Origin: Octopus bimaculoides
Lineage: Eukaryota
Assembly (NCBI RefSeq): GCF_001194135.2
Contig: NC_068989.1
Span: 45,500,755 to 45,564,754 of the forward strand
Reading direction: 5' to 3'
Length of the DNA stretch: 64,000 bases
Part shown: positions 12,062 to 23,679 of the stretch, one piece after another
Position numbering within the stretch: position 1 is the first letter of the stretch
Layout: each line of letters starts with the position of its first letter
Notes under the pieces: generated by a model
Seen by the model: the letters and a program-made list of their open reading frames with translations, nothing else
The model's database searches: none
Told to the model about the DNA's origin: nothing
Program-made: the position numbers and the translations under genes

Positions 12062-12944
12062 TTACGTACGTACATACTTACATACATACATACATACATN
12101 NNNNNNNNNNNNNNNNNNNNNNNNNNNNNNNNNNNNNNNNNNNNNNNNNNNNNNNNNNNNNNNNNNNNNNNNNNNNNNNNNNNNNNNNNNNNNNNNNNNN
12201 NNNNNNNNNNNNNNNNNNNNNNNNNNNNNNNNNNNNNNNNNNNNNNNNNNNNNNNNNNNNNNNNNNNNNNNNNNNNNNNNNNNNNNNNNNNNNNNNNNNN
12301 NNNNNNNNNNNNNNNNNNNNNNNNNNNNNNNNNNNNNNNNNNNNNNNNNNNNNNNNNNNNNNNNNNNNNNNNNNNNNNNNNNNNNNNNNNNNNNNNNNNN
12401 NNNNNNNNNNNNNNNNNNNNNNNNNNNNNNNNNNNNNNNNNNNNNNNNNNNNNNNNNNNNNNNNNNNNNNNNNNNNNNNNNNNNNNNNNNNNNNNNNNNN
12501 NNNNNNNNNNNNNNNNNNNNNNNNNNNNNNNNNNNNNNNNNNNNNNNNNNNNNNNNNNNNNNNNNNNNNNNNNNNNNNNNNNNNNNNNNNNNNNNNNNNN
12601 NNNNNNNNNNNNNNNNNNNNNNNNNNNNNNNNNNNNNNNNNNNNNNNNNNNNNNNNNNNNNNNNNNNNNNNNNNNNNNNNNNNNNNNNNNNNNNNNNNNN
12701 NNNNNNNNNNNNNNNNNNNNNNNNNNNNNNNNNNNNNNNNNNNNNNNNNNNNNNNNNNNNNNNNNNNNNNNNNNNNNNNNNNNNNNNNNNNNNNNNNNNN
12801 NNNNNNNNNNNNNNNNNNNNNNNNNNNNNNNNNNNNNNNNNNNNNNNNNNNNNNNNNNNNNNNNNNNNNNNNNNNNNNNNNNNNNNNNNNNNNNNNNNNN
12901 NNNNNNNNNNNNNNNNNNNNNNNNNNNNNNNNNNNNNNNNNNNT

Positions 12945-13920
12945 ATATATATCGGTCTCTGCACAGGGGCAACCCGGACTTTCGCCTTCGCCGTGAACGG
13001 ACATTAATCTTTTTCCTTCGTTCCTTTACGGGCTCAACTATCTACCTCTCTTCATCTGACACCAACCCCACACAGATTCCCACACACCTCTCACATTTAA
13101 CTGCCCCTCCACCTATACACATGCACACTATATGGGCACAGGCACACACAAACATACACACGTGCACACACCACTTGAACACGTATACGTCAATTGCTAA
13201 GCACGAGCGTTTGCACACACGCGCATGCGTGCACACGCACTCGCACGTTGGCCTCGCACATATGCATACATCCATACGCGTATTCTCATACACACATTCA
13301 CATACAAACTAGTCCATAAAAACGCAATTACATACAAGCACACATACACAGAAATGCACTGAACGCACTAACTCCACACAACATATACACTAGGTTACTT
13401 GTACATATACACACACACCCAGGCCAATGCGTTTGCACACACACACACATGAAATTCGCAATAATACTTACACTCGCCCATACGCACACATACACATACA
13501 TACCAGTACATGTAACGCATATTACTCTACATTATGTAAGCACTGGGTAACTTACGCACAAACACACGCAAATGTTCACATAGAGTTCAGCTTGCCCACA
13601 CATACATACTCGCCCCCATTCATACATACACAGTCACACACACCATTCTCACATAAACACACACCATTCCCACATACACACACGTGCTTGAGAAAATTCG
13701 TGCGGCCGAGTTACAGTTATTATCTCTCATTCATTCAGCCTCTTTCTTCCCTCCATTTCGTCATGTCAAAACGTTAATCCCTACATATTGTTTTCTCTCT
13801 CCGTTTTTGTTTTTTCATTCTTTCTCCTTTTTTTCGGCCCTCTTAATCTTTTCTCGGCTGTCTATCTACTCCTCATTTCGAGCATTGACTGACAATATGA
13901 GATTTCGAAAGGCAGTTTCT
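12945..13920 (+). mobile_element. Possible decayed Penelope-like element 3' region, with a CA-rich low-complexity interior (13060-13690)
   Basis: YIGLCTGATRTFAFAVNGH resembles the GIY-YIG motif YIGxT...R.NGH. A degenerate hammerhead-like actgacaa..tttcgaaaggcagt lies at 13888-13916. The CA-rich architecture is like that of 63130-63590. Confidence 0.35.
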
Positions 13921-15646
13921 CCTTCGAACCAAAATAAAATTTGAGACTTGCAGAAGCTCAAATTTGGTAACAAAAGCAGGACAGTGAAGACATACAACAA
14001 ACCAAACGAAAATAAACACGGAGGGCCGTCAGGCCAGACGAGGTAAAAGTAGCGAACGCTGAAGAAATATTGTCTTTGGCAAGAAAAAAGATAGAAGAGG
14101 AGACAGATAAGAATACGTGTAGTTTGTAGTCAGACTGACGGGAAAAATTGATGATCGCGGGAGGAAAAGAAAGATGGACGATGGTCACGTGTGTACAACG
14201 AGAGAGAGGGTAAAGGAGAAAGAAAGAGAGAGACAGAGAGACAGAGAGACAGAGAGACAGATAGAAAACGGTGAAGGGGAGAAAAAGAATTAGAGAAAGG
14301 ATGAGAGAGAACAGTACATGATAGAGTCGTATCAAAATTATTAAGATAAACTTATCTAAATAATTTTGATGCAATGATGAACAATCAAATATAAAGAATG
14401 CTATGCACAAAATACATTAATGGACACTTGTTTCTTTCTTGCTTTTTATCCAGAACAGGTAGATACAGTTAAGTGAGAGTCTGTTTTGAATTATAACTGA
14501 CGAAACATCTCCTCTTAAAAATTAACCCATGTGTATATTCATGTCAGAATTAGTTATTGTTACTGAGTTGATATTCGATGACTCTCCACATTTTTTTAAT
14601 ATTCATGATATCATTTCAAGGTTACATTCAATTTCATATAAATATCCATATTCACTAAGTTCTTTATTCATTACTTTCCTATACTGACGATCAACTGTTA
14701 TCAAATTTTGGACTATATAGAATTTATTAATGACATGATAAAGGTAGATAGCCTGAAGAATATTCAGCTCGTCGAAGAAAAATGCTTAGCATTTTGTGTT
14801 CAAATGCCATTGAGGTCGATTAGTTGAGTACTGGAGTCGATGTAATCGAATATACCGCTCTCCATAACATTCGCGGGTCTTACATAAATTTTAAGCCATC
14901 TATGAAACGTAAAGAAACCATGAAGACAGCTTATTTAAACTGTAGAGAATGAAGCTATGCATAATTTTATAAACAAAATGATAAACATTTCTAGTAAGCT
15001 GAGTAGCCAAATGAAAAATCCGATGAAAATGGATATATTTCAGTGCACACAAAGGCAGCTGTACATGATTATTTAATGTTTCTGCAGCCAGGGCAATAAC
15101 ATACATTGTTTGAGCTCCCAGCGGCCTTACGAAAGCGTGTAGAATTTATTCTTTATATATCTCTGTACATACACCATTCATTTCACTTGATTTTAATATC
15201 ACAGAAATTACGTTTATAACGACATTTTTCCAAGGTAGATCTTACTAATTTGTCGGTTGCATATCTGTTCTGCATTAGCTTGTTAAACTGTACGGTAAAT
15301 AATGCATTCCTTAGATGAACAACTTTTCTTCCCTTTCGAGTAACATATATAGAATTCCTGCGCAATTCTGCATCATATTGTTTTCTTTATACACGGAGAA
15401 CAATCAATCATTGTCAAGTCGTCCATTGAGCAAGGTACATTAACATTGTTTCCACCTGCCGTTTAACTCCGATTAGTATCATCGATAAATCTTATCTTCT
15501 ATAAGTTATTCCAGCAGCCTTTCTAATTCATTTTTGAAACTTTATTTACTATCACTGTTACATGTAGGTACACACTTTACCGTCTAGTCTGCTAGATTCA
15601 TATTCTATTGCACTTATTATCTTGCAGTGATGCCATGACTTGTCTT

Positions 15647-15712
15647 ATTTTCATAGTGGTAACATAAATAATTCTCACTTCTCTGTTTCGCATGATGAAT
15701 GCAAATATGTTC
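15647..15712 (-). mobile_element. Possible RTE-clade ORF2 C-terminal remnant
   Basis: NIFAFIMRNREVRIIYVTTMKI resembles the RTE C-terminal F.GHIMR....LVTTGKI motif; it is short and flanked by stops. Confidence 0.25.
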
Positions 15713-15806
15713 TACACTCTCTTTTCTTTTTCTATCAGTGAAGCATATTCTACTTCATCTTTCTAATTTCTAATTCTCTCTTATTGCGTCTTATATTTCA
15801 CCTGAA

Positions 15807-15914
15807 TATTGTAAGATCAACCATAGGGTCATAGAAAAAAGATATTGCAACATTAACCGTAGGGTCATAGAAAAAAGATCTTGTAACATCAACTGAAGGG
15901 TCATAGAAAAAAAA
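15807..15914. repeat. 36-bp minisatellite x3
   Basis: tattgtaagatcaaccatagggtcatagaaaaaaga / tattgcaacattaaccgtagggtcatagaaaaaaga / tcttgtaacatcaactgaagggtcatagaaaaaaaa. Confidence 0.92.
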
Positions 15915-16355
15915 AACATTTTAGAACCAATAGGAGATCATATACTCATAGATTCGAGATGGGTTCAATTATTCCAGAAGGGACTACACGTTTTCTCAAC
16001 AGTGAATACTTCATTAGAACTGCAGATTAAATACTACTGAGGATTTCTGTGACGTTTTGTTCCTTTGAGCGTTCGTTTAGTACCCTCAAAAGATTTCAGA
16101 GTCCCATATAAAACATAGTGGAACAACATCATATGAACTGTTTTTGCTCCGGTTTGTTCTTAAAGAATGCTCTATTATTCTTAAATGCAGCTCTATTTCA
16201 AAATGTAGCTAAGATTAGCAACATAATCAACCTTCGGAAAAGATCTCTCTTTCTCTCAGCTCTTGTTTCAATTACATATCTCAAATGACGAGTATCAAAA
16301 CTATCATCACTTATGGTTGTATCGAGATGAAAATATGTTATCAATATTTGTTATG

Positions 16356-16775
16356 GTGGCGAGCTGGCAGAATCGTTAGCCAACGGGACAAAATTCTTGG
16401 CGTCCTTTCACTCGTCTTTACGTTCTGAGTTCAAATTTCGCAGAGATCGACTTCGCCTTTCATTTATTCGGGATGGATAAAATAAGTACCAATTGTTTAC
16501 TGGGATCGTCCCTACTCCGAAATTACTTACATTGTTCCAGAATTTGAAATCGATATTTTTTATGTTGTTTAAGGCAGCGAGCTGGCATAACCGTTACTGT
16601 ACGGGACAAAATGCTTAGCACCATTTGTGCAGTTATTACCTTTAGAGTTCAAATGTTGACTTTGCTTTCATCAATTCGTATCGATAAAATAAGTACCAGT
16701 TGAGAACTGTGGTCGATGTAATAGACTTGCACAGCTACCTAATATTGCTGGTCTTGTGCCAAAATTGATACCAAT
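16356..16775 (+). mobile_element. Two head-to-tail SINE family B copies
   Basis: Two ggYggcgagctggca heads (about 16356 and 16570), each with a gagttcaaat B-box, a taagtacca body and a tttgaaa.c.ata tail. Confidence 0.85.
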
Positions 16776-17161
16776 ATTTGTTATTTTGTGTAAGCATTAT
16801 AGATTTAGGTTACTACATTATTCATTAGCAGAAATAAATACATTATATTATGTTTCAGCTTTCTGAGCAATTTCAAAAATTTTTCGACTGAGGCAAAAAA
16901 AAAAAGCCTTAAGTTCTGCCAAGGGCCGCTACACTGAGACTTTTAACCCTTCATCTATATGTTCTGCTGTTATTTAGAGGTCCCTTTTCTGTCTCTGTCC
17001 ATATACTCTAAATTTAGAGCAGTTTGGACACTTCTCTGCTGAATTATTCTACAAAAACTAGATTAAATATAGCTGTGAGGGTCAAACCGGACATAACTCT
17101 AATTTTCCTGCTTTTCTTAACATGGAACCAATGGTAGCCTTAATTCAGAAATAAAGAATAA

Positions 17162-17162
<1 letters not shown>

Positions 17163-17203
<41 letters not shown>

Positions 17204-17240
17204 GCGTGCGTGCGCGTGCTTGCGTGTGTGTGTGTGTGTA
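17163..17240. repeat. (TG)n/(TGCG)n microsatellite
   Basis: Directly visible. Confidence 0.95.
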
Positions 17241-18002
17241 GATTTACATGTGGATATGCGTATGTGTATGTACTTAAATACATATATCGGTACTTGGAAA
17301 CATACTCAAACGAAGATATAATGAGCTTCTAATTAAAGCAGATTACAATCGCAGTTGTCTGAGACGTAAATGTTTTTTATTCAGTGTTTGAGATTATTTA
17401 GATGTTAAAAGTCATGTATAACTAATATAGTTACTCTTCATCATTTTCGTGATATTAATTAACACGTTTCGCGGCGGAAATCAAATTGACAAACAACTAA
17501 AAGTAATGTTATAGCATAAAATATATATAAATATTACATCATGTTAGTCGTACGCAAATAGCATAAACACTTTAATTTCTAAACTGAAAAACAAAGTGAC
17601 GCTATAGATTGGAAATAATTCTAACAAAAACCTTTTAAAATTTAAATTGAAATGTATTTTGAATTTACAAAACTGCAAACAAAAAAGAAAACCAGACCTC
17701 AACTAGATACATATACACACGCGCGCACACACACATACACACATAATGTGTGGTGTGTGTGTGTGTGTGTGTGTGCGTGTGTGCGTGTGTGTGAATGTAT
17801 GTGTGTGACTGTATGTGTGTGTGTATGTGTGTGCGCGAGAGCGCATGTGTTTGTCACAGAGGTAATATTTTAGTGAGAAATAATAGCTTTCACTAATTCA
17901 GAAGCTCGTCGGAAACAGCCTCCTTAGCAAATAGGGATAGTCATTGATCATCTGCCTTCAGCATTTATTGCAAGTATATACATGTACATATCTATCTATC
18001 TA

Positions 18003-18045
<43 letters not shown>

Positions 18046-18086
18046 ATATATATATATATATATATATAGATAGATAGATAGACGAA

Positions 18087-18475
18087 GGAGTGGCTACGTG
18101 GTAAGTAGCTTGCTTACCAACCACATGGTCCCGGGTTCAGTCCCACTGCGTGGCATCTTGGGCAAGTGTCTTCTACTATAGCCTCGGGCCGACCAAAGCC
18201 TTGTGAGTGGATTTGGTAGACGGAAACTGAAAGAAGCCCGTCGTATATATGTATATATATATATGTATGTGTGTATGTGTTTGTGTGTCTGTCCCCCAAC
18301 ATCGCTTGACAACCGATGCTGGTATGTTTATGTCCCCGTAACTTAGCGGTTCGGCAATAGAGACCGATAGAATAAGTACTAGGCTTTTAAAGAATAAGTC
18401 CTGGGGTCGATTTGCTCGACTAAAGGCGGTGCTCCAGCATGGCCACAGTGAAAGGACTGAAACAAGAAAAAAAAA
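18087..18475 (+). mobile_element. SINE family A, full length (tRNA-derived, CORE-like middle)
   Basis: Pol III A-box tggctacgtggtaag and B-box ggttcagtccc, a CORE-like cttgggcaagtgtc segment, an internal TA/TG microsatellite and an A-rich tail. Confidence 0.9.
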
Positions 18476-18548
18476 TGTTTATATAGAGCTAGACAAATAG
18501 ATATACACATACACATACATATATATATATAGGTACATATATATATAA

Positions 18549-18610
<62 letters not shown>

Positions 18611-19114
18611 TACCAAATACACCCGTCCTTTATACGGTGTAATTTATTGCAATGGTGCACTCCTGTGGATATTTTAAGTTAAATGAGCCTGCATTTAGAA
18701 GTCATTTGAATTGATAAGTGTAAAATGTATAATTACTATTGTCACTTAGTAATAAATGAAAGTTCATGAAATGAGGTCTTAATTGTGATAAGCATTGGGG
18801 ATCCTATATCGTACTTGAAGCGTTTTGTATCATGTACTTATTTCTCTCGTAATGCCTGACACAATGAAAGTGATGTATGATAAAGAAATGCAAACATTTA
18901 TAGCAATCACGCAAATAGAAATAATAGCATGTACAAAAATAAATGTCAGAGCATACTTATGAGAGAACAGCATGCGTGAAGTAAGAAGTGTCACTGAAGG
19001 GAATGTACTGCTAACAGCAATCAAGGAAATGAAGCAAAATATAAATTAAATGCTTGCAGGATGTCTGATTGCTAACGGCTACAGTTTGGTGTCGATGTGA
19101 AGAATGCAGTAGAG

Positions 19115-19304
19115 GAATAACGACTGTAGCGCTGCTTTGTAGACGACATTTTTTTGTTTTTCCTTCAGGAGAATAGGTAAATATGTTATCTGGATGGCCA
19201 ACCCTGGAACAACCAACGAACCACTGTCCATGTGAAAAGCAGGATGTTCGCAGGTCCCGTCCAACAACTTTCAGCGACTGACCTTGTGCTTTGTTAATTG
19301 TCAA
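19115..19304 (-). mobile_element. Helitron RepHel PIF1-like helicase C-terminal fragment
   Basis: [35 protein letters not shown], then [11 protein letters not shown] after a frameshift, matches the Helitron TINKSQGQ...FSHGQLYVA.SRV...TKNVVY.E.L terminus. Confidence 0.85.
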
Positions 19305-19515
19305 CTCTGATGGTGCTCAAAAATAAGCAGAAGCACTCTATATGTTTACTTATTATCCAATAAGGTCCATCAATAATATTATTCAGAACATCCTATGTTT
19401 CTAAAGATAATGTTGCGCGGATTGTTTGAGACGAGATTCGTTCATTGGTTCTTGAAACATGAAAGAATCATGCATACGAGTTCTGCTTCGCCATTTAATA
19501 ATACAGTATATATTA

Positions 19516-19905
19516 AAGCGGTGAGCTGACTGAATCGTTAGCAGAATTTCGTCTGTCTTTACGTTCTGAGTTCGAATGCCGCCAATATCAAATTTGCCTT
19601 TTATCTCTTTCGGAGTCCATATAATAAGTACCATTTGAACACTGGGGTCGATGTAATACACTTACCCTTGCTCTGAAATTTCTGGCTTTGTACCAAACTT
19701 TGAAACCACTAATTTTATATCTTAAGGTGGCGAGCTGGCAGAATCGTTGGTCCCGTGCGAAAAGCCTAGCGGCATTTCGTCTGTCTTTACATTCTTAGTT
19801 CAAATTTTGCCGAAGTCGACTTTGCTTTTCATCCTTTCAGGGTCGATAAACCAAGTACCAGTTGTCTACCTATTTGAAGTTGCTGGCCTATGCCAAAATA
19901 TGAAA
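19516..19905 (+). mobile_element. Two head-to-tail SINE family B copies
   Basis: Heads aaagcggtgagctg (about 19516) and aaggtggcgagctggcag (about 19724), each with a B-box and body. Confidence 0.85.
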
Positions 19906-20594
19906 GCAGAAATACTATATCTCTGAAAAATATGAAAAAAAAAACAATAAATGAATTAAATACACTAATACAGAAGATTAAATTATTTTTTCCTAATACT
20001 TCTTCGTGAATTTGAAGGTCAATATTTGAAGAATAGGTGAAGTGCTTACAAGTGTCTTATAGTTATTACTACTTTTATGATATGAATTCAAATGTCATAG
20101 AGATCGCATTTGTTTTGAATCGTCCTCAGTTCTATAAAATAAAGCAGGAATCAAACAACAAAATCGCATTTACCCTCTAAGACTTGGGCCCATGTGTCTC
20201 ACTTTACCCTCCACCGGGGCTTCTAAGAGTAATAGTTGCAGGCAAACTAATGGATACAGTCGACAGCATCTTCTCTTTCTACGGGTGTTGATCATTACCG
20301 TTTTACCGGGAATCCGGCAGAGATGACGTTTAAACTATTCCCGCTATAGCGAGAATACAGCGTGACAAGGTTAACTGATTGTACTTCAACAAAGACGTGA
20401 CGCTTGGGCTTGTGCTACTATTGGAAACCAATAATTTGGTGTAGTTACTTCTGACAACTGAAGCGACTTTTGTCTTTTTAGCATATTTTATCAAGTCAGC
20501 CTTTGTATTTTCGGCTCCATGTAAGAAAAATAACATGGGCAAGTTCAAAACAGTAAATTATGAACTGGTACTGTTCATTTAGAAATATTTACTG

Positions 20595-21052
20595 CCGCAT
20601 GCCCGTCGCTAAGGTGGGGAATCACTGGAGAGCACTGAATCCTCGGTATTCCATGGTGCACTCTGAGATTTAAAGAATACAGTTTGCAAAAATCTTGCTG
20701 CAACACGCTTTTTGAAATTTGATTAACATGCCTGTTCCTAAAGGCACTTACTCCTTACTATTCAATGATGCACCCTCGGATTTAGAAAATACAGTTTATA
20801 AAAGTCTTCTAGCAATACACTTCTTGAAATCTAACATGCCTATCGCTAAGGGGGTGAACAAAGCGGCAAAGCCTCCGCACTATTCAACATTGCACCCCCA
20901 GGTTTAAAAAATACAGTTTATAAAAATCTTCCCGCATTTCTTGAAGCCTGACTAATATGTCCGTCGCTAAGCGGGTGCACTGGACGGTACTTTCCCCTCA
21001 CTATTCAATGGTTTATCAGAAAATACAGTTTATAAAAATCTTCCAGCAATAT
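20595..21052. repeat. Diverged minisatellite of about 112-122 bp, four units
   Basis: The anchor aatacagtttRYaaaaRtctt recurs at 20676, 20788, 20910 and 21022; atgYccRtcgctaag and ctattcaa also recur. Confidence 0.88.
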
Positions 21053-21223
21053 AAGTTAGTGCCCAATCAGAATATTCTGAAATACTCCCTGGCATCAGAA
21101 TAACTTCTGCCGTAAGTTAACAAAATAAATCGTCATTATAAGTATCAACAAACCTATAACTTTTGGATGAAACGTGATAGTCAAAATAAAAGCAATTATA
21201 GTGAGTAAAAGTGATATACCTAC

Positions 21224-21369
21224 GCTTTGGACCGCGAATCTTTATTAATGTAAAAGGGAATTCTTTGTGATGTCGTTGAAATGTTACTGGAAGTTATGGT
21301 AAATAATGTAAATTGGAATTCAGTTACTTCGTTGAATGTGACTTCTGAGTCATAAAGAGTGGAGTCCGT
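21224..21369 (-). CDS. Candidate coding exon of an unidentified host gene
   Basis: Acceptor cacttattcagtatttcag and donor GC|gtaggt. 146 nt, open in one frame only: TDSTLYDSEVTFNEVTEFQFTLFTITSSNISTTSQRIPFYINKDSRSK. No homology was recognised. Confidence 0.3.
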
Positions 21370-21812
21370 CTGAAATACTGAATAAGTGCAATGTATATAA
21401 ATGCTAAACATTTAGAATGTTGTGCATAATTCATCAGTTAAACTGATGTCTTGCACTAACGATTCTGCTATCTGTTTGCTTATCTAAAATGTTTTCAATT
21501 CATGCACAAGACCAGCAATTTTAAGGTGCCAGTAGATATTTCACCCCAGTACCTGGCTGGCACTTTACTTTAACGACATGGAAGGATTTAAGTTTACCAA
21601 GTAAATTACCTATCTTAGTACCCAGTGTTGAAAGATAGAAATCTAAGGCTATAGTCTGGCTGAGGTTCTTGGAGATATTCAGTTAATTCGGCATAGAAAT
21701 TCTCTTTTACACTTACGATTGACATAATGTTAAAACCTATTGGGTACAAACTGTGCATTCTTTCTTTTATCTCTCCTATATAATGCCTGCATTATGCTAT
21801 ACATACATATAT

Positions 21813-21882
<70 letters not shown>

Positions 21883-22029
21883 GTAAGTAAAAATATTTTT
21901 ATTGTGCGGGTAACAAGATGTACAAAGAAATTTATCAATACAATAGTCGTACCTTGAATATGGACCGGAACATAGGATAGTTTATTAGTTTGGAACAAAG
22001 CAAACTTTGTGTNNNNNNNNNNGGGGGGG

Positions 22030-22895
22030 GGGGTGAAACTAATTACATCGACCCCAGTATTCAACTGGGATCTCTTCAGTTTGGCTCATAGATGTTTCAA
22101 TCTTCTTTTTTTTTTAACTCAACAGTTTGAAACTTCGCATACTGGTGTAATTTTTAACGCTAACTCAGTTTACTTTCAGCATTTTAAACATTTCGTATTT
22201 TAGAAGTTATTTCGTGTTAAAGTTGTCGTATTTTGGATAATTTTAACCAATCAACGATGTGTATTCAGGTGAAGAAACCTACTGCGATAGTAATCGAAGA
22301 GCAACAACTTCCGGCTTACGTGTGTATATAACACAGGCAAATATACAGAAAGGCAATCAAACACCCCCCAACAAAACTCAAAAAAACCCCAAAACCCAAA
22401 AAGTGAAGTGTGTAAAATGCAACACAGGTAGTAAACAAAAATAAAATAGAGTGGTGAAAATAATCACAGGCAGTAAGTAAAAATATCCACGCGTAAGCAG
22501 GAAGTTGTTGTCCTTCGATGACTATCGCAGAAGGTTTCTTCGGCTGAATACACGCCATTGATTGGTTAAAATAACCCAAATACGACAACTTTAACACGAA
22601 ATAACTTCTAAAATACGAAATTGTGTCAAAAATGTTGAAAGTAAACCGTGTTCAGCGTGAGAAATCACACCAGTATACGAACTTTCAAACTGTTTAGTTA
22701 AAATTAAAATAATTAAAACATCTGTGAGCCAAACTTAAGAGACCCTTCAACGGGTATTTAATTTTATCGACATCGAAAGGATAAAAGTCAAAGTCGACTG
22801 CTACGGAATTTGAGTTCAGAATGTAAGGACGGATGAAATGCTGCTAAGCATATTGCACTGCGTGTTAACTATTCTGTTGGCTCGCCGCCTTAACG
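22030..22895 (-). mobile_element. SINE family B interrupted by a foldback element
   Basis: The tail part (attacatcgaccccagtattcaactg) lies left of 22068; the body and head (gtatttaattttatcgac...tttgagttcagaa...ctcgccgcctt) lie right of 22745. Confidence 0.85.
22068..22745. mobile_element. Non-autonomous long-TIR DNA transposon (foldback/MITE), 678 bp, 8-bp TSD
   Basis: Arms about 22068-22329 and 22483-22745 are inverted repeats, roughly 80-85% identical by eye with a perfect run of about 40 bp. TSD ttcaactg (22060-22067) / ttcaacgg (22746-22753). Confidence 0.92.
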
Positions 22896-23149
22896 AGGAA
22901 ATATATTAAAAAAGGAATAGAATATGTTTACACAAATTCTTATGAATTCAAAAGTTTTGTTGGGCAAATGCGATCTTCTGTTGGTAAAAATTGTTAGATT
23001 CCATCAAACGTTGGAAGTCAAAGGTATCGGTTTTATTTATCTATTTGAAAAGATTAATGTTTTTTTGCATTCAATTTTATACTAAATTTCGAGATTTTAA
23101 TTAAATGTATGAAAATGGGTTGAATGAGCAGAAATAGCGATGGACGTAT

Positions 23150-23638
23150 TAAAATGTAGATGCATTCACAGGCCAGATACATGCAGATGTAGACACAAAC
23201 GCATACAGAGCAAGCATACATACTCTCACACAACTCAGCTAACACACACACACAACACAGAGCACACACAATACAGAGCACACACAGAGTGCGCACGCAC
23301 ACACAGACGCACAAACAGAAACAGACCACACACAGAGCACACACATATACAAAGAGTGTACACACGTACGCCCAACCCAGATAAAGCCACACACACACAC
23401 GCACGTGAACACGCAAAATCATATATAAAAAGAAAGACAGAGAGAAAGAGAAAGAATCAGAGAGAAAGAGAGAGAGATTGAGAAAGAAAAAGGGACAGAG
23501 AGAGAAAGAAATGACTGACAGGCGCACACAACAGATTTGATACAGACACACAGACACAGGCAGAATGACACACACTCACACACACACACTCACATACAGA
23601 TAAAAGCATGCAAAGACACACAGCGATACAAACGCAGA

Positions 23639-23679
<41 letters not shown>

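Noticed and set aside
13958-14410. 150-aa hydrophobic minus-strand ORF
   Set aside because: It derives largely from a GA/GACA-rich low-complexity tract and has no domain signature.
18087-18160. tRNA genes at SINE heads (also 30026-30095 and 34133-34200)
   Set aside because: A and B boxes are present but no cloverleaf could be folded, and they continue into SINE bodies.
20045-20126. 82-nt minus-strand segment with a strong acceptor and gtaagc donor
   Set aside because: It has stops in all three frames, so it could only be non-coding or terminal, and nothing else supports it.
20595-21052. CRISPR-like repeat-spacer array
   Set aside because: The context is eukaryotic, the repeats are imperfect, the spacers are partly homologous to each other, and there are no cas genes.
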